From Enterobacterales bacterium (lineage in GTDB: Bacteria; Pseudomonadota; Gammaproteobacteria; Enterobacterales; GCA-002770795), in assembly GCA_041556195.1 (NCBI GenBank), contig JBFFIY010000003.1, positions 7,504-71,503 on the forward strand: DNA of 64,000 nt, written 5' to 3'. The notes below the pieces were generated by a model. It was not told the origin of the DNA. It searched no databases and worked only from the letters and a program-made list of their open reading frames with translations. How positions within the stretch are numbered: position 1 is the stretch's first letter; every line of letters starts with the position of its first letter. A program made the translations under genes and the position numbers. Of the stretch, positions 1 to 10,013 are shown one piece after another.

Positions 1-1
1 G

Positions 2-1171
2 GTTGAATACGCGAGTGGTATTGTAGAAAAACTTAAAGGGGAATTTAGTCGTCAGGTAGGTACTGGCATTGACACTTGTTCAGAGCGTCAACCACTTGGC
101 ATAGTCGCTGGAATTACCCCGTTTAATTTTCCTGCGATGGTGCCTTTATGGATGATCCCAATGGCTCTGGCAACAGGTAATACTTTTATTTTAAAACCCT
201 CGGAACGCGACCCATCCAGCGCCAACCTGATCCATCAATTATTTACTGAAGCAGGCTTGCCTGAAGGTGTTCTTAATGTGGTTCACGGCGGCAAAGATGC
301 CGTTGATGCAATTCTTGACCATAAAGATATACATGCTGTGAGCTTCGTTGGTTCGACCCCTATCGCCGAATACGTATACACCCGTGGATCTGCAGCAGGC
401 AAACGTGTGCAGGCTCTTGGCGGTGCTAAAAATCATATGGTCATAATGCCCGATGCTGATCTTGACCAAGCGGCTGATGCCCTGATGGGAGCTGGATTTG
501 GCTCCGCTGGCGAACGTTGTATGGCAATTAGTGTTGCAGTACCTGTTGGAAAAGAAACTGCTGATCGACTGGTTGAAAAACTGGTATCACGGGTAGAGGC
601 AATAAAAATTGGCCCAAGTGATGATAGTCAAGCTGAAATGGGGCCAGTGATCACTTCAGACGCCAAGGCAAGAATTGAAGGTTTAATTGCCAAGGGGCAA
701 GAAGAAGGTGCAAAAGTTCTGGTTGATGGCAGAGGATTTCAAGTTAAGGGGCATGAGTGCGGTTTTTGGTTAGGCGGAACCTTATTAGATGCTGTTACTC
801 CAGAAATGGCCGTTTATAAAGAAGAAATTTTTGGCCCCGTTTTATCCATTGTAAGGGCTGACTCATATGAGCAGGCGGTTACTTTAATTAATGACCATGA
901 ATACGGCAATGGCACAGCGATCTTCACCCGAGACGGAGATACAGCTAGAGACTTTGCGGCAAATATTCAGGTTGGTATGGTAGGTGTTAATGTCCCTATT
1001 CCGGTACCGGTTGCCTACCATAGTTTTGGCGGTTGGAAGCGTTCAATTTTTGGCGCTCACGGTATTTACGGGCCTGAAGCTGTGCATTTTTATACCAAAC
1101 TTAAAACCGTAACGACACAATGGCCCACCGGGATCCGTTCTGGTGCAAAGTATACTTTTCCCAGCATGTAA
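2..1171 (+). CDS. mmsA: methylmalonate-semialdehyde dehydrogenase (CoA-acylating), 5' end outside window
   Basis: The frame stays open to the window start; the track ORF 137..1171 is only the part after an internal Met. Aldehyde dehydrogenase fold with catalytic Cys context GERCMA and C-terminal [22 protein letters not shown], typical of MmsA. Adjacent to pyrimidine/beta-alanine catabolic genes. Confidence 0.85.
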   Translation, partial: VEYASGIVEKLKGEFSRQVGTGIDTCSERQPLGIVAGITPFNFPAMVPLWMIPMALATGNTFILKPSERDPSSANLIHQLFTEAGLPEGVLNVVHGGKDAVDAILDHKDIHAVSFVGSTPIAEYVYTRGSAAGKRVQALGGAKNHMVIMPDADLDQAADALMGAGFGSAGERCMAISVAVPVGKETADRLVEKLVSRVEAIKIGPSDDSQAEMGPVITSDAKARIEGLIAKGQEEGAKVLVDGRGFQVKGHECGFWLGGTLLDAVTPEMAVYKEEIFGPVLSIVRADSYEQAVTLINDHEYGNGTAIFTRDGDTARDFAANIQVGMVGVNVPIPVPVAYHSFGGWKRSIFGAHGIYGPEAVHFYTKLKTVTTQWPTGIRSGAKYTFPSM

Positions 1172-1256
1172 TATTTTTATTGAATGTTCGAACTAACATG
1201 ATCTAACTAGAATAATCGAACTAGAATTATCTAACTGAAAAAATGAGAGAAAAATT

Positions 1257-2135
1257 ATGACAGAAAAAGCAACACTTAGAGGTGGCTTGATCCAGATGGC
1301 CTTGAAATCATCAACGGATAACGACCCTGAAACTATACGTCAGGCGATGATTGAAGCGCATATTCCATTAATACGTGAAGCGGGTGAAAAGGGTGTACAA
1401 GTACTTTGTTTTCAAGAAGTCTTTACTCAACCTTATTTCTGTCCAAGCCAGGATCCTAAATGGTATGAAAGCGCTGAATTGATCCCGGAGGGTCCAACAA
1501 CCCAGCTGATGCAAGAGTTTGCTGCAGAATATAAAATGGTTATTGTCGTTCCAATTTATGAACGAGATGCAGTTACTGGTGTTTATTACAACACTGCAGC
1601 GGTAATTGATGCCGATGGCAGTTATTTGGGTAAATATCGTAAAACCCATATTCCACAGGTCGCGGGTTTTTGGGAAAAATTCTTTTTTAAACCCGGCTCA
1701 TCAGACTGGCCAGTGTTTGATACTCAGTATTGCAAATTAGGTGTATATATCTGCTACGATCGTCACTTTCCTGAAGGCTGGCGTGCGCTGGCATTAAATG
1801 GAGCTGAGTATATTGTTAATCCATCTGCAACGGTTGCCGGACTTTCCGAATACCTATGGAAGTTAGAACAACCTGCTTCGGCAGCCGCTAATGGTTGTTG
1901 GATTGGCGCTATCAACCGTATTGGACATGAACTACCATGGGATATTGGTGAGTTCTACGGACAAAGCTATTTTGTTAATCCTCGTGGTCAAATCGAAAAA
2001 GAAGCCAGTCGTGATCAAGATGAACTGATTATTCATGATATGGATATGAATTTAGTCAAAGAAGTACGTAATAACTGGCAATTTTTCAGAGATCGTCGTC
2101 CAAGTACCTATGGCAAATTGACCGATGGAGAGTAG
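1257..2135 (+). CDS. beta-ureidopropionase (N-carbamoyl-beta-alanine amidohydrolase), CN-hydrolase superfamily
   Basis: 292 aa. Nitrilase-superfamily Glu/Lys/Cys contexts (CFQEVF, YRKTHIP, VYICYDRHFPE). The NPSATVAGLSEYLWKLEQPASAAANG block resembles eukaryotic-type beta-ureidopropionases. Genomic context with dihydropyrimidinase. Confidence 0.8.
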   Translation: MTEKATLRGGLIQMALKSSTDNDPETIRQAMIEAHIPLIREAGEKGVQVLCFQEVFTQPYFCPSQDPKWYESAELIPEGPTTQLMQEFAAEYKMVIVVPIYERDAVTGVYYNTAAVIDADGSYLGKYRKTHIPQVAGFWEKFFFKPGSSDWPVFDTQYCKLGVYICYDRHFPEGWRALALNGAEYIVNPSATVAGLSEYLWKLEQPASAAANGCWIGAINRIGHELPWDIGEFYGQSYFVNPRGQIEKEASRDQDELIIHDMDMNLVKEVRNNWQFFRDRRPSTYGKLTDGE

Positions 2136-2174
2136 TGCGCAAAAATCCTAAAACATACAGCCGCTGGGGTATAA

Positions 2175-3623
2175 ATGAATTCAATCGATAATAGCAATAC
2201 CAGAATTGCAGACGATTTGTGGAACAAAGATCTGGCTCCAACCACTCCTCAAAATCGCACCTGGGACTGGAAGTCTTATGCTGCGCTTTGGGTGGCTATG
2301 GTGGTATGTGTCCCAACTTATATGCTGGCCGGTGGTCTGGTGGCTGAAGGAATGGCCTGGTGGCAAGCGGTGATCACCGTACTACTTGGTAATGTGATCG
2401 TGCTTGTACCCATGATATTAATTGGACATGCAGGAGCTAAACACGGAATCCCATTTCCAGTGCTACTGCGTTCTGCTTTCGGCACCAAAGGTGCGCGGAT
2501 CCCTGCTGTAGCGAGAGGTTTAGTGGCGTGTGGCTGGTTTGGTATCAACACCTGGGTAGGTGGCTCGGCGATTTATGTCATTGTCAATGCATTAACAGGA
2601 GATCTCATCACCGGTAGTGCATTGCCATTTCTAGGAATTGATTTAGGCCAATTTATCAGCTTTCTGGCGTTTTGGGCCATGCACTTATACTTCATAAAAA
2701 ATGGAACCGAAAGTATCCGTTGGCTCGAAACCTATGCAGCCCCGTTTTTAATTGCAATGGGTTTAACGCTTTTAGGCTGGGCATATTATGAAGCGGGTGG
2801 ATTTGGTGAAATGTTGTCTGCGCCATCACAATTTATCGAGGGCGGCGCAAAACAAGGCCAGTTCTGGTCAGTCTTCATTGCCAGCTTAACGGCAATGGTT
2901 GGTTTTTGGGCGACTATGGCATTGAATATTCCCGACTTCACGCGCTTTGCTAAAAGCCAGAAAGATCAAATTATTGGGCAGGCAATTGGACTACCCTTGC
3001 CGATGGCGCTATTCGCATTTATCAGTGTTGCCGTTACTTCAGCAACAGTGACCATTTTCGGGGAAGCTATCTGGGATCCGATAGTTCTGGCTTCACGAAT
3101 GGGTGGCTTAGGTGTCATTGTTGCCCTATCAGCATTGGTAGTTGCAACACTCACCACTAACCTGGCTGCCAATGTGGTTGCACCCGCTTATGGGTTCTCT
3201 AATCTTAGCCCACATAAAATCAGCTTTAAACTCGGAGGTTACATCACTGCAGGCATAGGTATCGCCATTTTCCCATGGAAATTACTGGAAACGGCTGGTG
3301 GCTATTTATTTGTCTGGTTAATTGGCTATTCAGCATTACTCGGACCCATAGCTGGAATTCTACTGGTCGATTACTTTATGGTCAGAAAACGAGTCCTGGA
3401 TCACGATGCACTGTTTGACCACGAAGGGCAATACGGAGCATGGAATAAAGCAGGACTCATTGCATTAGTTATCGGTATTTTACCAAACATCCCTGGTTTT
3501 TTATCCAAAGCCGGTTTAATGGAAAATGTACCCACTTTGTTTATTAATATTTACGACTATGCCTGGTTTGTTGGTCTATTCATTGCTGGAGCGTTATATT
3601 TACTTTTACATCGCCGTCTATGA
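2175..3623 (+). CDS. NCS1 family nucleobase:cation symporter (uracil/dihydropyrimidine/hydantoin-type permease)
   Basis: 482 aa polytopic membrane protein with the overall NCS1 pattern (N-terminal NKDLAPT..RTW, about 12 hydrophobic segments). Located between beta-ureidopropionase and dihydropyrimidinase. Confidence 0.8.
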   Translation: MNSIDNSNTRIADDLWNKDLAPTTPQNRTWDWKSYAALWVAMVVCVPTYMLAGGLVAEGMAWWQAVITVLLGNVIVLVPMILIGHAGAKHGIPFPVLLRSAFGTKGARIPAVARGLVACGWFGINTWVGGSAIYVIVNALTGDLITGSALPFLGIDLGQFISFLAFWAMHLYFIKNGTESIRWLETYAAPFLIAMGLTLLGWAYYEAGGFGEMLSAPSQFIEGGAKQGQFWSVFIASLTAMVGFWATMALNIPDFTRFAKSQKDQIIGQAIGLPLPMALFAFISVAVTSATVTIFGEAIWDPIVLASRMGGLGVIVALSALVVATLTTNLAANVVAPAYGFSNLSPHKISFKLGGYITAGIGIAIFPWKLLETAGGYLFVWLIGYSALLGPIAGILLVDYFMVRKRVLDHDALFDHEGQYGAWNKAGLIALVIGILPNIPGFLSKAGLMENVPTLFINIYDYAWFVGLFIAGALYLLLHRRL

Positions 3624-3684
3624 ACTATTTATCCAATATTCATTATTAATAAGATTAGCTGGATAGTTGCAAGAAAGTATTTAA

Positions 3685-5142
<1,458 letters not shown>

Positions 5143-5438
5143 GAAGAAGTTCATCACGAAACACGAAATTAATCTGTGGTGGAGAACTTGCGTCTGATGA
5201 AAAAACGTGGAATCTTTAACTTCAAATTGAATACAAAATGAATGGAAAACGGTTACTAGGTATGGTTAATATTCAAAAAAAACAAGAAACCAAAGCCAAC
5301 TCCAAAAAACACTTCTCTCACTTAGCAAACAAAAACCATAAATAAGTATCAGGTGGCTGTGTCCAGCGGCACAGTTCAACAGAGATTTACATTGAATAGT
5401 TAGGCTTTTATCTTGAGTGAGAATAGTAGGAAACTTAA

Positions 5439-6167
5439 ATGGAAAATAATGAATTAGATTACAAAAGAAATAATTACACTCATTTGTCTGAAGCGATTGA
5501 TGATCTTGAAAAGAATATCAGACGTTACCAAAGTGTGGGTAATATTGGATTAATTATATCTGGCGCGTTATTCGTTGTGTTGGGTTTTTTTGTGTATCAT
5601 TTGTTTGAAGGAACCTTATCTAGCGTAAGAACGTTAGGCCTCGAAGATACAGTAATCTCCTATACAATTGACCCTAAAAAGGGAGCGAAAAAAATAGTTA
5701 TAAAAGGCGATGAAGCGCCAATAGAACAAAAGTTAGAAAGAGAAAACTCAGAGTCGTTTGTGATCTTGGATGGAGAGGCTAGAGTAACCAAAACAGTATC
5801 AACTGATAACACCAGTATGGTTGTGTTATCTATAGTGGTTTATATATTAAGAACATCTCTGCTTGGTTCATTCGTTCTTTTGTCGCTAACGTACACTGTT
5901 AAGTTTACTACATCATCGTTTGACCAAGCGGTTCGTTTTACTAAGCGAAAACATGCATCACAGTTTCTTTTGGAGATGTTTAAGCATTATAACCCAGAGA
6001 TTTCAAATGTGCCAAAGATTATGGATGCATTTGGTGAGTGGAATGTTAATGTTGAATCAGCTTACACCGATGTAAAAGCAAACGAAAAAGCATTCAAAAC
6101 ATTCTTTGAACATCTAGGTAAATTAGATGAGACTTCAACAAATAAAGCCAAGGACAAACAAGCCTAA
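5439..6167 (+). CDS. hypothetical protein with two hydrophobic segments (integron-cassette-like ORF)
   Basis: 242-aa ORF with hydrophobic stretches GLIISGALFVVLGFFVY and MVVLSIVVYILRTSLLGSFVLLSL. I recognise no family. It starts 34 bp after a GTTAGGC core, and its stop codon lies inside the GCCTAAC core of an attC-like site. Confidence 0.55.
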   Translation: MENNELDYKRNNYTHLSEAIDDLEKNIRRYQSVGNIGLIISGALFVVLGFFVYHLFEGTLSSVRTLGLEDTVISYTIDPKKGAKKIVIKGDEAPIEQKLERENSESFVILDGEARVTKTVSTDNTSMVVLSIVVYILRTSLLGSFVLLSLTYTVKFTTSSFDQAVRFTKRKHASQFLLEMFKHYNPEISNVPKIMDAFGEWNVNVESAYTDVKANEKAFKTFFEHLGKLDETSTNKAKDKQA

Positions 6168-6214
6168 CCAGCGCGGTCAAGCGGACAGCCCACCGCTTAC
6201 CGCGAACGTTAGAG
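6162..6214 (+). other. integron attC-like recombination site
   Basis: Sequence GCCTAAC-cagcgcggtcaagcgg-acagccca-ccgcttaccgcgaac-GTTAGAG. It has an RYYYAAC core, a GTTRRRY inverse core, and imperfect inverted repeats with one unpaired base, closely resembling classical short attC sites. Confidence 0.75.
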
Positions 6215-6524
6215 CAAAGCACAATTATGGCAGAATGGGAAAATCCAAAAACATTTGAATCCGGCTATGGTCCAGGTATCGAAATTACAAGACTAGATCT
6301 TTATCGTCTTTAGGAATTAACTAGAATTAACTTGGACAGCCATAACTTAAAACAGCAAAATAAGTTCATCAAAAATATATTTTCCCAGGGTGCAAAACAT
6401 TGATTTTTGAAGAAAACATTTCTGGAATGAAGAAATTATCAGAGAGGTTTGAAAAAACTCAAAATACAGGCATAGCTAAGCTCGGAACCCCGATTTTTGT
6501 TCTTGTTTATGAAGATGTTGGGCT

Positions 6525-7502
6525 TTATGCTGGAGATTCAAACGGCGAAGCTTTGCCTTGACCATTCATCCACTTGCGACCAACTTTTAGAGCGATAGCT
6601 TTTATCATTTCCTTTGAACCAGCTAACCTGAAATTACGTTTTCCGAAATGATTGACTTGTTTTATCCAGGTGTCGGGCTCTATTTGCAATCGACTTAAAA
6701 TAGGTTTGAGATTAATGGGAATTGAACCGGATTTATTCTCTCTAATTGCTCTGCCTGACCAGTCAATGAGTTCAAGGTAATCGTTTAAATAAAACGGTAT
6801 GCCCTGACTGTTACTATTATCGCCATCCATTACCAATAAATTATCGGCTTGATGAGGTTTCCCCAGATGCTGCTGTATCCTTTCTCGAACGGATGTATAC
6901 TCAGAGTTTTCAGGAGTCATAGCTATATTGGCCCTAATCGGATTTAAATCTACATAGGCCATGCAGGTCATAAGTGCTGCTTCATCAAGCAATGCTTGTG
7001 ATTTAAATCTTCCCTCCCAGAAACGTCCTGTACACTTATCTTCCTTATTGGCTAACCTGGCCACATGTTCATTCAAACAGCGCATAAACCAGCTTAAGTC
7101 TGATAAACGTTCTCTTCATTTTTCAGTTTGAGTATCCAGTGCCATCTTTTGAAAATCAGAAAGAGGGTTGCCCGATTGATACATCTGAATTAACAGTCCA
7201 CCAGAGTAGAGCTTTTGCCATCGCTCAATGACTTCAGCTTGTGACCAATGTTTAGACTCCTCTGGGGACAATCTGAGCACAAGATGATAATGGTTTGACA
7301 TGACTGCATAAGCGCAGATGTCAATAGCAAAAACAGAAGAAAGTAAATTGATTCTATCAACAATCCATTGTCTTCGATGCTCAAATGACTTGCCTGAAAA
7401 CTCACCTTTACCACATAGAAAAGCTCTACGGACACAGCGACCAATACAGTGATAATAGGGGGTATCTGAGACTGAAACGATATTTTGACGGGGTTGTGTC
7501 AT
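6525..7502 (-). pseudogene. IS200-like Y1 (HUH) transposase family gene interrupted by one in-frame TGA
   Basis: Track ORFs 7116..7502 and 6525..7085 are in the same frame, separated only by a TGA at 7116..7118. The N-terminal part has the HUH motif (SNHYHLVL). The C-terminal part has FWEGRFKSQALLDE and AYVDLNPIRA, typical of this transposase-like family. Confidence 0.8.
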
Positions 7503-7603
7503 GTTGTTTCCTCCTGAAACAATGGTTTTAACTTCCTTATACTTGATTAAATTAAACTAATTGAGTTAGATTGTCAAAAAAGAAATGGGTGTCCATTAAA
7601 TCG

Positions 7604-7719
7604 TAAGAGCAAAACCAGGCACTGGTACTTATGTCAAACGTCCTGCATTTCATGCCGCTTTTGATGCTTTGAAGAAAGTGGCGGAGAGGAATCGGCCAGT
7701 GAAGGTTGATCGGGGGTAG
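7604..7719 (+). pseudogene. displaced 3' fragment of a dihydropyrimidinase gene (direct repeat copy 2)
   Basis: Encodes ..[37 protein letters not shown] with no upstream coding sequence. It matches 5027..5142 except for mostly synonymous changes. Confidence 0.85.
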
Positions 7720-8052
7720 TAGGTTTATTGAAGGGTATTCTTTATCTTATTGAAAATCACAAAAAATAAAACAATGGCAAGGTTGGCTATTGCAAATTGC
7801 CATAGAATTAGCTGTTAAGTGCAAAAAACTGAAGATTCATGCTAACATCAGAACAATATTACATTGTTTTAGGTCGTCAAATAGGCTAAGTGATGAAAAA
7901 GTGTTGTAACTATGCTATCAATAAATAAAGCATATAACCAAAAGTTGTTTCTGACTCCGTAAACTGTCACGGTTTTTGAAAAAAACTCAAAAGTCACGCC
8001 AACATACTCCACCAAAGAACAGGGCGTTAGGCGAAAAGGAAATGCTTAAAAT

Positions 8053-8355
8053 ATGAAGCAAAAGATAATTTCGTCAGCACAAAAGAAAATACTTTTCTTG
8101 CCACATGCAATTAAACAAATGTCTCATCCAGATAGAATGATTACAGCCGATGAAATAAGAGAAAGCGTTTTTTTGGGTGAAATTATCGAAGAGTATCCAG
8201 AAGATCAAAGAGGGGAAAGTTGTTTAATTTTCAATTCAAAACAGAATAGGGTAATACATGTGGTTTGCTCACCCAAGGTTGAGTATTTAGCTATAATAAC
8301 GGCTTACGTACCAGATCCGGCTCAATGGTCATCAGATTTTAAAAAGAGGAGGTAA
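8053..8355 (+). CDS. DUF4258-like putative toxin
   Basis: 100 aa. The pattern HAIKQM..R.I..DEI......GEIIEEYP.D....S.L......N..IHVV.........IITAY.PD...W matches what I recall of DUF4258 proteins. Its stop is 1 bp from the start of a YgiT-type zinc-finger ORF. Confidence 0.65.
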   Translation: MKQKIISSAQKKILFLPHAIKQMSHPDRMITADEIRESVFLGEIIEEYPEDQRGESCLIFNSKQNRVIHVVCSPKVEYLAIITAYVPDPAQWSSDFKKRR

Positions 8356-8356
8356 T

Positions 8357-8572
8357 ATGGAGTGTTTTCATTGTAAAGGCAAAATGATCAGAGGTAATGC
8401 ACCATTTAGCTCAGATCGAAATGGTTATCACATTTCATGGGACTCTATTCCGGCATGGATCTGCACACAATGTGGTGAAGCTCTTTTTGAGGAAAATGAA
8501 GTGAACCATATTCAAAAAGCATTACAACAAATTGATCACGAAACAATTGCACTAACATCAAAAACAGCCTAA
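8357..8572 (+). CDS. YgiT/MqsA-type zinc-finger antitoxin-like protein
   Basis: 71 aa with CxxC...CxxC (CFHCKG ... CTQCGE), typical of YgiT-type zinc-finger domains paired with DUF4258 toxins. Confidence 0.65.
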   Translation: MECFHCKGKMIRGNAPFSSDRNGYHISWDSIPAWICTQCGEALFEENEVNHIQKALQQIDHETIALTSKTA

Positions 8573-8647
8573 CCAGTGCGTGCATTTGACCGTTTACCCG
8601 CTTTGCACTCCGTGCTATGCATGCAAACGATGGCACACAAGTTACTT
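8567..8647 (+). other. candidate attC-like site (longer, less regular)
   Basis: It begins with the same AGCCTAACCAGYGCG as the 6162 site, again with the ORF stop inside the core. It ends at GTTACTT. Manual folding gives only imperfect pairing of the flanks (taac/gtta, gtg.g/c.cac). Confidence 0.45.
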
Positions 8648-9228
8648 AGACAGGCATAAGAGGTTATCCAGGCTATGGCTACTAAGCTTTTTTAAAAAGA
8701 ACCTAGGTGTTTTGTAAAGTGCTGTAATGAATATTCAATTTATTGATATTAAAAACAAAATATTACGCACTATATTTTCAAAAGGTATAGTGTCGTGAGG
8801 TTTAGTAGGGTAACTGGTTGTTTCGAAAAGACCCGGACATCCCACTCTTGATTATAAAAAATAATTTCCCAAGAATGGGGCACCCACAAGTTACAACAGA
8901 GAAACAAGAATCCTGGCTTCTAAATAGAAACCAGGGATTAGGTTGTCCTAGAAAGTTAAGGTTGACTATGGCAATTTGCCATAAAATTAGCTGTTATAAA
9001 TGAAGAGAAATAGATATGAAGATCACAGAACTTTCGCTAGGAAGTGATATAACAAAAAGTGCAGGTCTTCTACCTGTTTTTATGAAGGGTATTGATAATA
9101 CAGTATTACTTGCTCAAATAAAAAGGGACAGGCACTTAAAAAACACTTTTTGCCAGGTGATCTTTGGTTTTCAGGGGGCATCTAGCCAGAGAAAATGCGG
9201 TTTGTAAATTGATTAAAGGAAATATACT

Positions 9229-9579
9229 ATGATCTCCCAATTGAATAAACAACTTTGCCAGGCATGTAAAGCAGATGCGCCTCAAGTGAGCGACAAGGAA
9301 CTCGCCTTGTTGATTAAACAGATCCCTGATTGGTCAGTTGAAGTACGGCCTGTTAATGAAAAAGATGTGATGCAACTTGAACGCTCTTTTCAATTCAAAA
9401 ATTTTAAACTTGCACTTGAATTTACCAACCGAGTGGCAGATCTGGCTGAGCAAGAAGGCCACCACCCAGCGTTATTAACCGAATGGGGAAAAGTGACTGT
9501 AACCTGGTGGTCTCATAAAATAAAAGGACTGCATCAAAATGATTTTATTTGCGCAGCTAAGACCGATTCTTTATTTTGA
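9229..9579 (+). CDS. phhB: 4a-hydroxytetrahydrobiopterin (pterin-4-alpha-carbinolamine) dehydratase
   Basis: 116 aa. [21 protein letters not shown] matches the PCD/DCoH signature. RBS aaaggaaat lies upstream. Confidence 0.85.
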   Translation: MISQLNKQLCQACKADAPQVSDKELALLIKQIPDWSVEVRPVNEKDVMQLERSFQFKNFKLALEFTNRVADLAEQEGHHPALLTEWGKVTVTWWSHKIKGLHQNDFICAAKTDSLF

Positions 9580-9584
9580 TTAAG

Positions 9585-9737
9585 AGTAACTATTCAGCTT
9601 ACTCCTAAAATGAGCCATTTCGTCGTTCAAAAATGGTCAAATAATCGAGTATAATCACATTTTTTGCCTCGAACTGACTCATTTTAGGGGCAACCTGAAC
9701 AGCTACAGGTGCATTTAGCGACTCACTGAATAGTTAC
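9585..9737. repeat. hairpin-forming intergenic repeat, family 1, copy A
   Basis: About 153 bp. The termini gtaactattcag / ctgaatagttac are inverted. An inner inverted pair is cctaaaatgag / ctcattttagg. Two more copies lie at 45165 and 45332. Confidence 0.85.
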
Positions 9738-10013
9738 GATTGAGGTATGTTTTTTATCGGAATTATAAGGGATACAGGTTTTATAAAAAGTCAATCTGGT
9801 GAATCGGGCTTCAATAGTTGGTTTTATTGTTTATAGTTTTTTCAACCTGAAAAGTAAGACTATTAGTTGTATTGAGTGAAATCGCTAGTAAATTAGGACA
9901 GGCAAGTGAAGACCTGTGAAGGAGAATTGCTAGGTTAACTTAGTCCCATCAACAGATGATAGTGAGGCTTTCACTAAAGAGTTTATTAAAATTTTGGAGC
10001 GACACAAACCAGA

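Noticed and set aside
239-469. Antisense or overlapping short ORFs inside well-supported genes. Examples are 239..469, 1368..1649, 11611..12048, 16009..16503, 29189..29614, 32170..32424, 57068..57406 and 63135..63446.
   Set aside because: Each lies entirely within, and opposite to or out of frame with, a long ORF that has clear family motifs. Their sequences are low-complexity or odd in composition and lack RBS context.
5264-5405. A possible long attC upstream of the first cassette: ggttaatattcaa ... ttgaataGTTAGGC.
   Set aside because: The outer 11-13 nt are complementary and the GTTAGGC core is real. However, the about 115-nt interior is A-rich on one side with no complementary partner, so I cannot support a folded attC. 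It is kept only as a boundary core in the cassette finding.
7116-7118. The in-frame TGA in the transposase-like gene as selenocysteine or programmed recoding.
   Set aside because: No SECIS-like hairpin is evident immediately downstream. The likely ancestral codon is TGG (Trp). A simple nonsense mutation is the more economical explanation.
8967-8983. TATGGCAATTTGCCATA as a sigma-54 promoter (TGGCA..TTGC).
   Set aside because: The GG-to-GC spacing is about 8 nt rather than the 12 nt between the GG and GC dinucleotides of the TGGCAC-N5-TTGC consensus. It is better described as a symmetric operator-like palindrome.
8818-9207. Two 61-63-aa ORFs (8818..9003, 9016..9207) in the gap before phhB.
   Set aside because: No convincing RBS and no recognisable motifs. 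They overlap the repeated 41-bp palindromic motif. This stretch is more likely non-coding (ORF-less cassette or regulatory DNA).
9608-9643. An 11-codon ORF inside the family 1 repeat (MSHFVVQKWSNN, or MSHLIVQKWSNN in the other copies).
   Set aside because: The substitutions between copies are conservative, which caught my eye. But there is no RBS, the ORF lies within a strongly paired arm, and three copies are too few to separate coding from structural constraint.
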